From: a virus
Lineage: Duplodnaviria; Heunggongvirae; Uroviricota; Caudoviricetes
DNA length: 64,000 bases
Reading direction: 5' to 3' (one strand)
IMG/VR virus record: IMGVR_UViG_2724679058_000003
In this document: piece after piece, positions 1-10,351 of the stretch
How positions within the stretch are numbered: position 1 is the first letter of the stretch
How the letters are laid out: each line of letters begins with the position of its first letter
Notes under the pieces: model-generated
What the model was told of the DNA's origin: nothing
Seen by the model: only the letters and a program-made list of their open reading frames with translations
Database searches by the model: none
Translations under genes and position numbers: made by a program

Positions 1-470
1 GCTGTATACTTCCCGTTAGCCAGGTCATATGCAGCCTTGACAGCTTTCGGTGTGGCGGCCAGCACTTCAGACGTGCTGTTAGTGGCACTACTGAGCTGAG
101 TGATGCCTTTCGCTGTCAACGAAGCTGTTGGCACACCAGTGATCTGATTCCAGGGATGTGTATGACTGGATGGTGCCTTTCCGGCTGCTAGATCGTATGC
201 AGCTTTAACCGCTTTTGGAGTTGCAGCTAATGTTTCAGAAGTGCTGTTGGTGTCGCTACTGAGCTGAACTATCCCTTTTTGAGCCGTGGTTGCATCCTGG
301 GCTGTATACTTCCCGTTAGCCAGGTCATATGCAGCCTTGACAGCTTTCGGTGTGGCGGCCAGCACTTCAGACGTGCTGTTAGTGGCACTACTGAGCTGAA
401 CTAATCCCTTTTGCGTTGTGCTTGCATCCTGCGCCGTATACTTGCTTTTCGCCAGATCGTAGGCTTTTTT
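1..470. repeat. Tandem degenerate ~150-bp coding repeats within the tail-fibre gene
   Basis: 1..100 is identical to 301..400; related copies at ~150..300 and ~400..470. Confidence 0.9.
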
Positions 471-1064
471 AACTGCCAGCGAACTCGCAGCAACATCACT
501 TCTGGTACTGGTTACAGAGTCTGAAATATCAATGCCGATCGTGCGGTTGATACGCTCGGATGTATCAATCATCTCTTGAGTAATGGTAGATACGCCAGCA
601 GGGATATTCACCGTACAAACCAGCAGTTCCCCATCACCTAACTGATATGAATCGGTATAGGTTCTGGCAACAAATTCAGCTGCATGAATATGTGACGCGG
701 TATTCACCTGATAGGTATCTTCTCCAAGAAGGTATCTTCCCTTCAGCACAATTGCATATTTCTTGCCTGCGTTAAGTGCAAGAGAGATATCCTTACGATG
801 CTGAATAGTTACCTGGTAGAATTCACCAATATCCACTGACGCTGCGCCAGCGGTTTTATCTCCATCCACTGAGGTGATTAACAGGTTCATCCCACCGCCA
901 GGCTTAGGCAAGAAACCAGCATAAAATCCCGGGTCAACAATTCCCCTGAATTTTCGGTTTAGAGCGGCTGACAGATATGGTTCGTGGTATTGCACATCAG
1001 ACACCAGAGCCAACGACTCGGGTGATGGGTAAGTAACCGATGTAACAACTGTAACGTCATTCAT
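1..1064 (-). CDS. Tail fibre protein (S-like), N-terminal part; gene runs off the window start
   Basis: Minus-strand ORF from ATG at 1064..1062 (MNDVTVVTSVTYPSPESL...) open to position 1; contains repeated SSATNSTSEVLAATPKAVKAAYDLANGKYTAQDA fibre motifs; not in the ORF track because no stop lies in the window. Confidence 0.85.
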   Translation of the reverse strand, partial: MNDVTVVTSVTYPSPESLALVSDVQYHEPYLSAALNRKFRGIVDPGFYAGFLPKPGGGMNLLITSVDGDKTAGAASVDIGEFYQVTIQHRKDISLALNAGKKYAIVLKGRYLLGEDTYQVNTASHIHAAEFVARTYTDSYQLGDGELLVCTVNIPAGVSTITQEMIDTSERINRTIGIDISDSVTSTRSDVAASSLAVKKAYDLAKSKYTAQDASTTQKGLVQLSSATNSTSEVLAATPKAVKAAYDLANGKYTAQDATTAQKGIVQLSSDTNSTSETLAATPKAVKAAYDLAAGKAPSSHTHPWNQITGVPTASLTAKGITQLSSATNSTSEVLAATPKAVKAAYDLANGKYT

Positions 1065-1075
1065 CAAGCATATCC

Positions 1076-1510
1076 TTATGCTGTAGTCGTGTTTATGGCC
1101 ATAACTGCGGTATATGTTTTGCCCACATACAGCGAGTCTTCTTGGACACAAATAATGGCGATTGGCTTATTCTCGTTATCCAGAACAACCAGAGTGTTGA
1201 ATGGGTAGTTTTTCCCTTCCTGCAACTGACTTTGATCAAGGTCCATTCGGACAGTAATTATCCCGCCTGAGTAGGTTGGGACGAGGTTGATGGTGCAAAA
1301 TTGACTGGTCAGTTCTGCCAGATCGAAAGCCTTTGGCAGTTCTCCAATCTCATAATTGCCATCTCCTTTCTTAGTAACCAGTGAACTGGTACCGAAAACG
1401 GCCTTGCTGATTAAAAATCGAGAGCCTTTGTTAATGGACGATTCAGCGCGCCGCTGATAGTAATAGTCCAACAACTGACTCTTATAGAGGTTTGTTGAGA
1501 CGTCAGACAT
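1076..1510 (-). CDS. Tail-fibre-associated protein (R-like position upstream of S)
   Basis: 144-aa ORF immediately upstream of the tail-fibre start; synteny only. Confidence 0.55.
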   Translation of the reverse strand: MSDVSTNLYKSQLLDYYYQRRAESSINKGSRFLISKAVFGTSSLVTKKGDGNYEIGELPKAFDLAELTSQFCTINLVPTYSGGIITVRMDLDQSQLQEGKNYPFNTLVVLDNENKPIAIICVQEDSLYVGKTYTAVMAINTTTA

Positions 1511-1588
1511 GATTTTCCCTAATCAATGTTGTGAAGCCTCATTGTAAGATAAGTAACTTGTCACCCCGCCCTGCGGACGGGGTGATTG

Positions 1589-2071
1589 TCACGCATCGCT
1601 ATCCAACAGCAAATCATCTGCGCGGGTGCGATCAAACGTAGGCGTTGCTTTCACAATAGTGCCGCCCGGCGTTGCAGTGATCGGGGCGTTAATCGACGTA
1701 ACTTCAGTAAGCGAAGTTGTATCCGAAGTTTCAAACCAGCAGAATGCTTTTTCGGTATCAGAAATCTCATTCAAAGTGATCATGTCGGCCTGTTCATTTA
1801 CAACAACCGACAAATAGAGCGTAAGCCCATCAAACACTATATGCAGTGGCAGTAGAGGCTTTACGAACTGATTAAACTTTCTGAGAATTTCTTCTGTAAT
1901 TGCGGACTGATCTATCGATCCAGTAATACCCATTGTCCGGGCCAGGTCGTTTATGGGAATACTGATCATTCCTCTGGAAGTCAGAAACATCTCGCCGAAT
2001 GTGCCGCCGGTGGTTTCCAGTGTGCTTTCTGGAATCAGGACCGTGCCATAGGGATGTCGTTCAAAGTCCAC
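1589..2071 (-). CDS. Hypothetical tail/baseplate protein
   Basis: 160-aa ORF with GTG start; frame stays open a further 12 codons upstream (to 2107); overlaps the upstream ORF by 37 nt. Confidence 0.5.
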   Translation of the reverse strand: MDFERHPYGTVLIPESTLETTGGTFGEMFLTSRGMISIPINDLARTMGITGSIDQSAITEEILRKFNQFVKPLLPLHIVFDGLTLYLSVVVNEQADMITLNEISDTEKAFCWFETSDTTSLTEVTSINAPITATPGGTIVKATPTFDRTRADDLLLDSDA

Positions 2072-2427
2072 CGGAGCATATATGGGATCCCATAAACCGA
2101 TATACCGTTAAATTCGCGATAAATTGTCTGGTTTATAGGGCGTTCAGTACCCTTAAAATGGATCTCATCAAACCGCTGTTGTAACAACATCGGAACGGAA
2201 GATGAATTCGACGTTCTGATAGTAAAAAACTGGCCAAGTTCATTTGTCCTGGTCTCCAGATCCTCCTTGCTCATGGAGAAAATAGACTTCCGGTTGGTAA
2301 TTCGCTCCAACCATGGGTCAACAAAGGTGTCCATCATTGACTGAACCAAATCAGCCAATGATTTATAAAGCAATGACTTTTGCTTAGCTGATGTAAGCCG
2401 GTTATTAAACCAGGAACGTTGCATCAC
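2035..2427 (-). CDS. Hypothetical tail/baseplate protein
   Basis: 130-aa ORF in the tail operon; may be one gene with 1589..2071. Confidence 0.45.
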   Translation of the reverse strand: MMQRSWFNNRLTSAKQKSLLYKSLADLVQSMMDTFVDPWLERITNRKSIFSMSKEDLETRTNELGQFFTIRTSNSSSVPMLLQQRFDEIHFKGTERPINQTIYREFNGISVYGIPYMLRWTLNDIPMARS

Positions 2428-3857
2428 TCCTCCTCATACGAAATATTGAAGGTGGAGTTTTCTGTATCCAGATAAACGAAATCGTAAAAGCCGTTGGACT
2501 CATACCACTCGACAAACTCCAGATAAAAGTCGCGGAAATAGCCCAGCGTTTCGATAAACGCCCAAACGTCTTTTTTCTTAATCAGGATGTACTTTCCGAC
2601 GCGGTTCGGATCAAAGAAAGTTGAGTCGCGCCCAAATTTTTTTTCCAGTGCCGACTTCAGCTCATCGGTCACATTCTCAATGGTCAGGCTTGCCGATATC
2701 CGTCCGGTGATGGTTATCTTAAATGGTAGTTTTCTGACCTCTTTATAAGAGAATTTCTTGTTCAGTTCATTCGGTACCTTCTTAAAGGCAGCCAGGATCA
2801 TTTCTTCAAGCTCTGACTGACTTTTATTCGGATGCCATCCTGAAATAAATATCTTATTGATATTCTGAACATTATAAGCACCATCTAATTTTTCTTGCTG
2901 ACCCTCGCCCCATGCCTTTACCCAGGACAGTCCCGGGATGTTACGCACCAGAAAATACGTATAGTCCCCGCCCCATACGACCTGATCATCATAGGCAAGG
3001 TAATATTGTGCACGGTTACGTGTGATCTCCGTTGTTTCGGCATCGGTACCTGTGGTTATAGGTGTCGTTGTCTTAACTGAAATCAAATTAGCTAAATTAG
3101 CCGCAGAATCGACAGGCGTCAGGTTTTGGCCAGCAACCAGGGTTATATCGCCGTTGGTGCACCATACCTTAAGCGTAATTGTCGAGCCTTCTGGCGGTAT
3201 TTGCCCAATTAGCCCATCGCCGAATCGAACTCCCAACTGCTCGGATGGTTTATAAAACTCAACGTAGACCTGGCTTTTACTACCGGCTAACCGGAACATA
3301 GTGCTGGAAGACCACTGCGTGGTCTTACCATCGGTCGTCACGAATACTTCCAGCTTATAGCAGACAGCAGTGAGAGCCTTTGATAACACGACTTCCAGAA
3401 ATTCTTTGGCTGCCGTAACGGTATATGTCACCTCCTGGATTTCCAACTGTGCCACTTCTACCGTACCGGTGCCGTCAACCAACCTGCATACATCCATAGT
3501 CATGTAAGGGTACTGGTCGTCAGATATTAAAGGCGTGTTTTTGGGGATTACCGCTGGAGCATCTTCACTTGTGGCTGTGATCTCAACCATCCCGGATGAC
3601 GGTGTTGGCTTGGTACCAACGTAACTATTCGTTTCTGCCGCTGCCAAGATAGAGGAACGCCGCGTCGCGGTCGATATAAAGCCTTCAGCCAGCGCCGCAT
3701 CGGCATACTGAAAGCACCTGTAGACAATCTGGGTAATAAACAATGTCAGCATCGAGACAAATTGAGAGCCGACAAACTTCGACCAGAATGAATCTTTCTC
3801 GACAAGCTCTTCAAACTCTGCACGAATACTGTCTTTAGTCGGTGTTGTTTTACTCAT
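2424..3857 (-). CDS. Baseplate structural protein
   Basis: 477-aa ORF, stop/start coupled to neighbours within the tail operon. Confidence 0.6.
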   Translation of the reverse strand: MSKTTPTKDSIRAEFEELVEKDSFWSKFVGSQFVSMLTLFITQIVYRCFQYADAALAEGFISTATRRSSILAAAETNSYVGTKPTPSSGMVEITATSEDAPAVIPKNTPLISDDQYPYMTMDVCRLVDGTGTVEVAQLEIQEVTYTVTAAKEFLEVVLSKALTAVCYKLEVFVTTDGKTTQWSSSTMFRLAGSKSQVYVEFYKPSEQLGVRFGDGLIGQIPPEGSTITLKVWCTNGDITLVAGQNLTPVDSAANLANLISVKTTTPITTGTDAETTEITRNRAQYYLAYDDQVVWGGDYTYFLVRNIPGLSWVKAWGEGQQEKLDGAYNVQNINKIFISGWHPNKSQSELEEMILAAFKKVPNELNKKFSYKEVRKLPFKITITGRISASLTIENVTDELKSALEKKFGRDSTFFDPNRVGKYILIKKKDVWAFIETLGYFRDFYLEFVEWYESNGFYDFVYLDTENSTFNISYEEE

Positions 3858-4213
3858 AGCACCACGTCCTGTGTGATAGTTATATCCCTGATACGAATGG
3901 ATATTTTCAACTTATCAAAAGCATCTCCCTCGGCTACTGACAAGCCAGAAATCGGTATGTCAGGTAAATCTACCGTCAGTTTTTGCAACAGCATTGCCTC
4001 AACCGCAATTTGAACATGCGACAAGTTGGTCGGTTCGTGTTTAAACTGCGGTAAAACATTGCCCCATGACGGATCTCCGTATACCTCACCCTGATAAGTG
4101 TTTAGCCACTCATATAAACGAGCGCCCCAGGCCTCCTCCTGGGACTCATACGTTTTTACGCCGGATAACTCCAGCGTCAGCAAAGGATCAATTTCGTTAT
4201 TGTTGGCCATCAA
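3854..4213 (-). CDS. Hypothetical virion morphogenesis protein
   Basis: 119-aa ORF overlapping neighbours by 4 nt. Confidence 0.55.
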   Translation of the reverse strand: MMANNNEIDPLLTLELSGVKTYESQEEAWGARLYEWLNTYQGEVYGDPSWGNVLPQFKHEPTNLSHVQIAVEAMLLQKLTVDLPDIPISGLSVAEGDAFDKLKISIRIRDITITQDVVL

Positions 4214-6252
4214 TCAACTCTCGCGTAGTCATTCATCAACGGATCATCAATTGACAGTGGTACCGTGCGCATAACGCCCGGCTGAGGCGTGCTGACCTTT
4301 ACGACAGTTCCCTGGCCTTTCGCCGAGTCTTTGGTGTGCTCTTCAATCCTGGCAAGCAATGAGGTCATCTGCGCAAACAGCCGCTTCGTTTCACCATCAA
4401 GTGAAACGGTATTATCAGCCAACTGCATTGTCGGCTTGGCACCGGAACCGCCAAGGTCACTAATAACCTGCCCGTCTATCTGCATACGACCGGTTGGTTG
4501 CTGCAAATCGTTGGCGGCAGTCGTCACCTGGGACGTGGAGGCTGGTTCAGGCGCATTATTTTTCCGCATCCCCGGCGAGTTGCGGAGTTTATCGAATAGT
4601 CCATCAATCCCCATTTGTGCGCCGAGATGGTCAAAGTAACTTGAGTTGTTGGCCACCGGACGCGCCTCTTCAACTGGCATCGGGGTATCAACATACACAT
4701 TGCCAGCTGCTGTTGCGGTCCCCTTCCCTCGTGCACGTTCTTCGAGCGTTCCCTGAACGACTTCCCGACGCATCCCCCGGCCATTCATGAATTTGTTGAC
4801 CAGATCGTTAACGCCAACAGCATTGCCGATTTTGTCTACCAGACCGCCTTTCTCAAACGGGCTATCACCAGGGGTAAACGCCAGGCCAGTAGACTGATCG
4901 ATAACAGCGTTATCAGGCAGTGGTCCCCTCACTCCATATTGCGCCCCACCCTGTGCTCCTGCTCCAGGTGTATAGATTTCACCACCTAAATAGCGAGCAC
5001 GATGAGTATTGACCTTGATCGCGTACTCACGGTTTTCTTTCGATAAGTCACCTGTGCCTTTTTTCCACTTATTAATAGTGCCAAACCCAGCATTATATGC
5101 AGTGATGGCCTCGTTTAAGTCTCCATTGGCTTGCTTCAGATACTTGCTCATGAGAAGAGCCGCAGCTTCTGCCGATTTCACAGGATCAAACGATTCACCT
5201 TCAGCTAAGCCAGTCTCTTCACGAGCAATCCCCGTGAACTGAAACATCCCCAGAGCACCGGTTTGGGATTTTGCATACGGATTACCACCAGATTCAGTTG
5301 CAGCAATCGCGTAAAGAGTGCCTTCTGGAAGACCGTATTTATTCTCTAGTTCAGCAAAATACGGAGCCAACTTATCGAGATTTGCCTTACCTTCAGCGCC
5401 AAGACTTCCGACTTTTACATCCAAGTTGCCATTGTTGTAGGTATCCGCAGCTTTCTGAATGTCATTCCTGGTACCAGTGGTATTAAGCGACGATGATGAC
5501 GAGCTATTTTGACCAATAGCTTTATCAATTTTCTGCAACGCGCTATTGCCCGTTTCTACGGCATTTGCATTGATAATCTGATTGGCAGTTTGTTTAACTG
5601 TTTTATTGCTATCTTTCGCTGTGTCCAGTGCCGCATTTATCACGCGGGTAGCAATATTACTCTGTTTGGCATCGGATTCAGTTTTAGAATCAGACGTCTC
5701 CTGGTGGCTATTAACCGGAGCTTTTAACTCTGGAGTGATTTCTTTCGCATTAGCCTCGCCGATCGGATTGGGTATTTTTGATACAATCATTGCCGCAGGG
5801 GTATTTTTAACGGCATCAACCGCTGCATCTAATGCTTTACCTGGTAAATTTTTAACCCCATCCCAAATATTACCAGCCGCCTCTTTAATGTGTTTCCCTG
5901 GGTTCTTAATGAAATCAATTGCACTATCAATTGCATCACTGAAAACCTGTTTCAGGTTATCGACAGTAAAGAAGTCTTTGATGGCATCCAGCTTTTCAAG
6001 CAGCTTATTAGATGTATCGCTAAACCATGCTGAAACAGCATCACCAATCTTTGCTGTGTAATCATCGAACTTGGTAGAAATGGTGTCGCCAAGGTTAGAA
6101 ATATATGTTTCTAAGTTGGTAATCCCACTATCAATGGTCTGGGCAATACTTTCCGTCGAAAATGATTGCAACATATTGCCGATATCCTCAAATCCAAGTG
6201 ATTTGAGAACCTCACCAATGGCGCTGCTAATACCAGATACCAGTCCCCCCAT
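4210..6252 (-). CDS. sit: Sit-like virion transglycosylase/tape-measure protein, C-terminal portion (SLT domain)
   Basis: 680-aa ORF with lytic transglycosylase motif LYAIAATESGGNPYAKSQTGALGMFQF; frame open upstream to 6313 and overlapping the 444-aa ORF. Confidence 0.75.
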   Translation of the reverse strand: MGGLVSGISSAIGEVLKSLGFEDIGNMLQSFSTESIAQTIDSGITNLETYISNLGDTISTKFDDYTAKIGDAVSAWFSDTSNKLLEKLDAIKDFFTVDNLKQVFSDAIDSAIDFIKNPGKHIKEAAGNIWDGVKNLPGKALDAAVDAVKNTPAAMIVSKIPNPIGEANAKEITPELKAPVNSHQETSDSKTESDAKQSNIATRVINAALDTAKDSNKTVKQTANQIINANAVETGNSALQKIDKAIGQNSSSSSSLNTTGTRNDIQKAADTYNNGNLDVKVGSLGAEGKANLDKLAPYFAELENKYGLPEGTLYAIAATESGGNPYAKSQTGALGMFQFTGIAREETGLAEGESFDPVKSAEAAALLMSKYLKQANGDLNEAITAYNAGFGTINKWKKGTGDLSKENREYAIKVNTHRARYLGGEIYTPGAGAQGGAQYGVRGPLPDNAVIDQSTGLAFTPGDSPFEKGGLVDKIGNAVGVNDLVNKFMNGRGMRREVVQGTLEERARGKGTATAAGNVYVDTPMPVEEARPVANNSSYFDHLGAQMGIDGLFDKLRNSPGMRKNNAPEPASTSQVTTAANDLQQPTGRMQIDGQVISDLGGSGAKPTMQLADNTVSLDGETKRLFAQMTSLLARIEEHTKDSAKGQGTVVKVSTPQPGVMRTVPLSIDDPLMNDYARVD

Positions 6253-6266
6253 ATCAAGAACATTAG

Positions 6267-7601
6267 CTAACGTATAAGCGGCTTTTGCTGGAATGATGGA
6301 TCTTGTCCTGATTTAAGCCCAAACGCTCGACGTTGCGCTTCTGTATCATTCCAACCGGTTACCGCATCATAAATACCTCCAGCCACTGTGCCGACTAGGG
6401 GAATTGCGCGTAACGCCCCTTTACCAACTGCCTTTAATCCAAGTTTACCTGCTGCCCGGGCAGCCAAATCTCCGCCTTCATGGGCGAGAGTCTTCTTGCC
6501 ACCACCGCGTAGCATTCCTACAAGTTTCTTTGCCCCCAGAGCGCCAAAAGCGAGTGCTCCAGCTTTTTTCAGCATGCCACGCCCCATTAACAACGACGCG
6601 ACGCCACCGGCCCCCTTCCCTAACAGGCTAAATAGTTTGGACAGCAAGCCGCCCTTCCTTTTCCCGGTGTTTTTGGCTATCTGATCAAGGGCGCTGAGAA
6701 TCTTGTCATTGCCCTCTTTAATTTCGCTGGTCTGCTCCTGAAGTTCCTGAACCGTCCGTTTTTGGGTGTTAACCTGAACGACATCGGCACTATTTTGCGA
6801 TTTACGCCTAAAAAAACCTTTTCTACGGCTGTTATCGTCATTGCCACGAATCACATCGGCAATAGACTTTCTGGCACCATTAAGCGATCCACCAACTTCT
6901 TTTGATATCCCGCCAAGCTCCTTCCCTGCTGCCCACAATGGACCAGCAACGGCATAACCTAACGCATCGACGGCACGAGTCTCTGAAGGGTTACCTATGC
7001 CTTCAGCTACTTTTGACAGTTTTTTTAATAAACCTGATTCAGCATTTAGACGCTCATCATCCTCTTTGCGCCTGGCCTTTTCAGCACGTTCAGCACGGGC
7101 ATCTTCCGCTGCGGCCTTACTCCCTGACTTTCCAATAAAACGACCACGCGCATCGCGTTGGTTTTGGCTTTTTTGCGCACCGCCTTTTTGACCGAACATT
7201 TCGCGAGCGTGTTCGGCTGCTTCGGTCCGTTGCGCCTTTACATCTTCTGTTATAGCCTTCTTGCGTCGTTTTTTACCCTTTCGCGTAGTTGATTTGGCCT
7301 GCGGTTCCTGTAGAGCAACATCCTCCTGAACTACACGAGAAACGTCCCCTAAATTAAGCCGTTTCATTGCCTCAACAATAGGGTCCACTGATGGCGCATT
7401 GGCCACAAAGTCTGGCCGGGAATTTTCGATTGTGCGATTTAATGCCGACACACTGCGAGAGACAGGATCAACAGTTGCAACGCGCCCCCCTTTCAAATCT
7501 TCAACAGCTTCCCGGATACCTGCAAGCTCTTCCAGCTCTTTTGCGCTGGCGGTTTCAACTGTCCTTATAACATCGTCAATGTTGGCGTTTTTTCTTTCCA
7601 T
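6267..7601 (-). CDS. sit: Sit-like protein, N-terminal portion (Gly/Lys/Ala-rich)
   Basis: 444-aa ORF ending 15 nt before the 680-aa ORF start, in the adjacent frame; a single-base change in the run at 6284..6287 would join them. Confidence 0.65.
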   Translation of the reverse strand: MERKNANIDDVIRTVETASAKELEELAGIREAVEDLKGGRVATVDPVSRSVSALNRTIENSRPDFVANAPSVDPIVEAMKRLNLGDVSRVVQEDVALQEPQAKSTTRKGKKRRKKAITEDVKAQRTEAAEHAREMFGQKGGAQKSQNQRDARGRFIGKSGSKAAAEDARAERAEKARRKEDDERLNAESGLLKKLSKVAEGIGNPSETRAVDALGYAVAGPLWAAGKELGGISKEVGGSLNGARKSIADVIRGNDDNSRRKGFFRRKSQNSADVVQVNTQKRTVQELQEQTSEIKEGNDKILSALDQIAKNTGKRKGGLLSKLFSLLGKGAGGVASLLMGRGMLKKAGALAFGALGAKKLVGMLRGGGKKTLAHEGGDLAARAAGKLGLKAVGKGALRAIPLVGTVAGGIYDAVTGWNDTEAQRRAFGLKSGQDPSFQQKPLIR

Positions 7602-7681
7602 GATCTTATCGCCTACCGTTTCGGTTTAAGTTTTTCTTCCAGTTTCTCCAACAGGAAAACGCATAGGATTCAGTAAGCCTT

Positions 7682-8563
7682 TCAGCGTCCTGAATCGGTA
7701 TACCCCCATACAAAACCAGGTTGGACACTAAGGTCTGATAGCTTTTCAATCCCCACCTGTGGAATGAAGTCGGTAGCCCGAAAGGGCACCCACAGACGGG
7801 TATATGCACCCTCTGTGGACTCCTTTTTATCCTGATTTGGGCATTTATGCGGCGGGAGACGAAGACGCATTTCACCTTTATCGATGTAGCACGGTAAACC
7901 ATGTTCGAGCTTTTCATGAGCCAGTCGGATGTGTGCCGCCAGCTTCATAAATTCAGTATCAATGGCCATCCGTTTAATCGTTTCATAACGACGCTCAGCC
8001 TGATCTTCACGAGTACCGCTAACATCGTTATAAAGCTCACACTGATAAGCGAATTCCCAAAAACGCAAATCAACGATCGCTTCTTTGAATTCCGCGTCGT
8101 CTTCAGGTGGCAATGCTGCACGGCGCATCTCCAGCATTTCCATTGCCCAACCATCAAGCGGCACGATACGCCATTGATAAGGTACTCCCTCGACAGACAC
8201 CTCAATATCGTCAATGAAAGGTTCCACTTCCAGGACCTGGATATCTTCAGCCAGAGCATTCATATCGCAATCGTAATAATGCTCTTTACCGCAATGTTTA
8301 CAGGTGTAGGTGAATGTCTCGACCGGTGTTTCACGGGAGCCGGTAAATATCCACCATAACGCGGTAATCCGGTCCTGCGCCGTCCATGTCAGGGGATCAT
8401 GTTTCGCAGGTTCAGCCAGCAAGGCTTTTAAATACGCCGTTGTCTGTTGTTCTTGTTCCTCCGGTGTTATCGAGTTGAAACGCATCGCATCAGCAATATT
8501 TGGCTGACGGAACTGGATCAATTCAGTTGGCCGCGATGGTAGCGGGAAAAGAGGTAAAAGCAT
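7682..8563 (-). CDS. Hypothetical morphogenesis protein
   Basis: 293-aa ORF in tail operon. Confidence 0.6.
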   Translation of the reverse strand: MLLPLFPLPSRPTELIQFRQPNIADAMRFNSITPEEQEQQTTAYLKALLAEPAKHDPLTWTAQDRITALWWIFTGSRETPVETFTYTCKHCGKEHYYDCDMNALAEDIQVLEVEPFIDDIEVSVEGVPYQWRIVPLDGWAMEMLEMRRAALPPEDDAEFKEAIVDLRFWEFAYQCELYNDVSGTREDQAERRYETIKRMAIDTEFMKLAAHIRLAHEKLEHGLPCYIDKGEMRLRLPPHKCPNQDKKESTEGAYTRLWVPFRATDFIPQVGIEKLSDLSVQPGFVWGYTDSGR

Positions 8564-8577
8564 CCTTGCTCCTTAAT

Positions 8578-9189
8578 TCAAAGAGAAAAACTAAAGCCCA
8601 GAAGGGAAGCCAAAGAACTTGAGGATTGGTTAAACGTGCTGTGCAATGCGAAGGTCATTGGGAATGACTTAAATTCAGTAACCTGATCTCGCGCATAGGT
8701 GACATCGCCGGTAGTGACCGGGAATACCGTCATCTCATTTTCCAGTTTGGTTAAGCCGGAAGACAGCAACCGATAAATACGCACATTGAGCAAATATTTA
8801 GACGGTATATTCCCGGTACCGTCCGGATTGATCACCCGACTTTTTGCCGTCTTAAACCAGTCCAAAACGAGGCCATCAACGGTATCCCTGACCATCATTG
8901 TTATCTGCCCTGGCGAACGCTCCGTTGGTTGAAGGATATTCCCTCCGCCGATTTTAATCGTTTCATATTCGATGCTGTAATCGTGGTAGGTAATATCTTT
9001 GGCAAAGAAGTCTGCCCCCTCCAGTCCATCAACTTCGACAGAGAACTGCCATCCTTGCGCGAACAGCATTTTGTTCATGATGATTGACGTCAGCTTACCA
9101 ACTTCCCGTTCACCAACGCCGGAGCCAAATAATGTCGTCGTTAATGCCGAAGATACATAAGACTTTACTGAAGCAACATTAAACCCCAT
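8578..9189 (-). CDS. Putative tail tube protein
   Basis: 203-aa ORF; size and position only. Confidence 0.45.
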   Translation of the reverse strand: MGFNVASVKSYVSSALTTTLFGSGVGEREVGKLTSIIMNKMLFAQGWQFSVEVDGLEGADFFAKDITYHDYSIEYETIKIGGGNILQPTERSPGQITMMVRDTVDGLVLDWFKTAKSRVINPDGTGNIPSKYLLNVRIYRLLSSGLTKLENEMTVFPVTTGDVTYARDQVTEFKSFPMTFALHSTFNQSSSSLASLLGFSFSL

Positions 9190-9199
9190 ATCAGCCCTC

Positions 9200-9790
<591 letters not shown>

Positions 9791-9916
9791 TTAACCGATT
9801 CTACGAGTAGTCATTTGTGACAGGTCATTTTGCGCGCTTTAGGCAGCCATCTTCAGGTGCCGCGTTGAAAAGCTCTGCGGCCTTACGTAGCGTAAATGTT
9901 GCGATTTTTTTTCCGT

Positions 9917-10300
9917 CTACGTATGCATCGAATGTTTTAACTTCCATATCAGGGTATCTGACCAAAAACCATACCAGTAACTATCACCCACAGAGGAACC
10001 GATAGAACTGATAGGATATTCATCATCACCAACTTTCAGCGTTATTTGTTCTTTTTTAGCATCAAATGACTCACCGCCAGGTTCTGTTTTCATGAGAGTG
10101 AGTAGTCGTGTTCCTACTTGATTGGGATCCGTATTATTAAATCCAACATCGCACTCAAATGTAAGCGTATAATTATCTTTGCTGGAAACAGCATAAGAAC
10201 GAACACCATGAGTCTCGCCGGTTGACCATTTGCTTACATTTGCCATTGATGAAAACGGAGTAAGCAAAGCAAGAATTAGAAAATATAGTTTAATGCGCAT
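9917..10300 (-). CDS. Exported small protein (Sim-region-like)
   Basis: 127-aa ORF with N-terminal signal peptide MRIKLYFLILALLTPFSSMA. Confidence 0.6.
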   Translation of the reverse strand: MRIKLYFLILALLTPFSSMANVSKWSTGETHGVRSYAVSSKDNYTLTFECDVGFNNTDPNQVGTRLLTLMKTEPGGESFDAKKEQITLKVGDDEYPISSIGSSVGDSYWYGFWSDTLIWKLKHSMHT

Positions 10301-10351
10301 TAATTTATCTCCTTTGGATATTAATATTTTAATTAGTTAACCACCATATAT

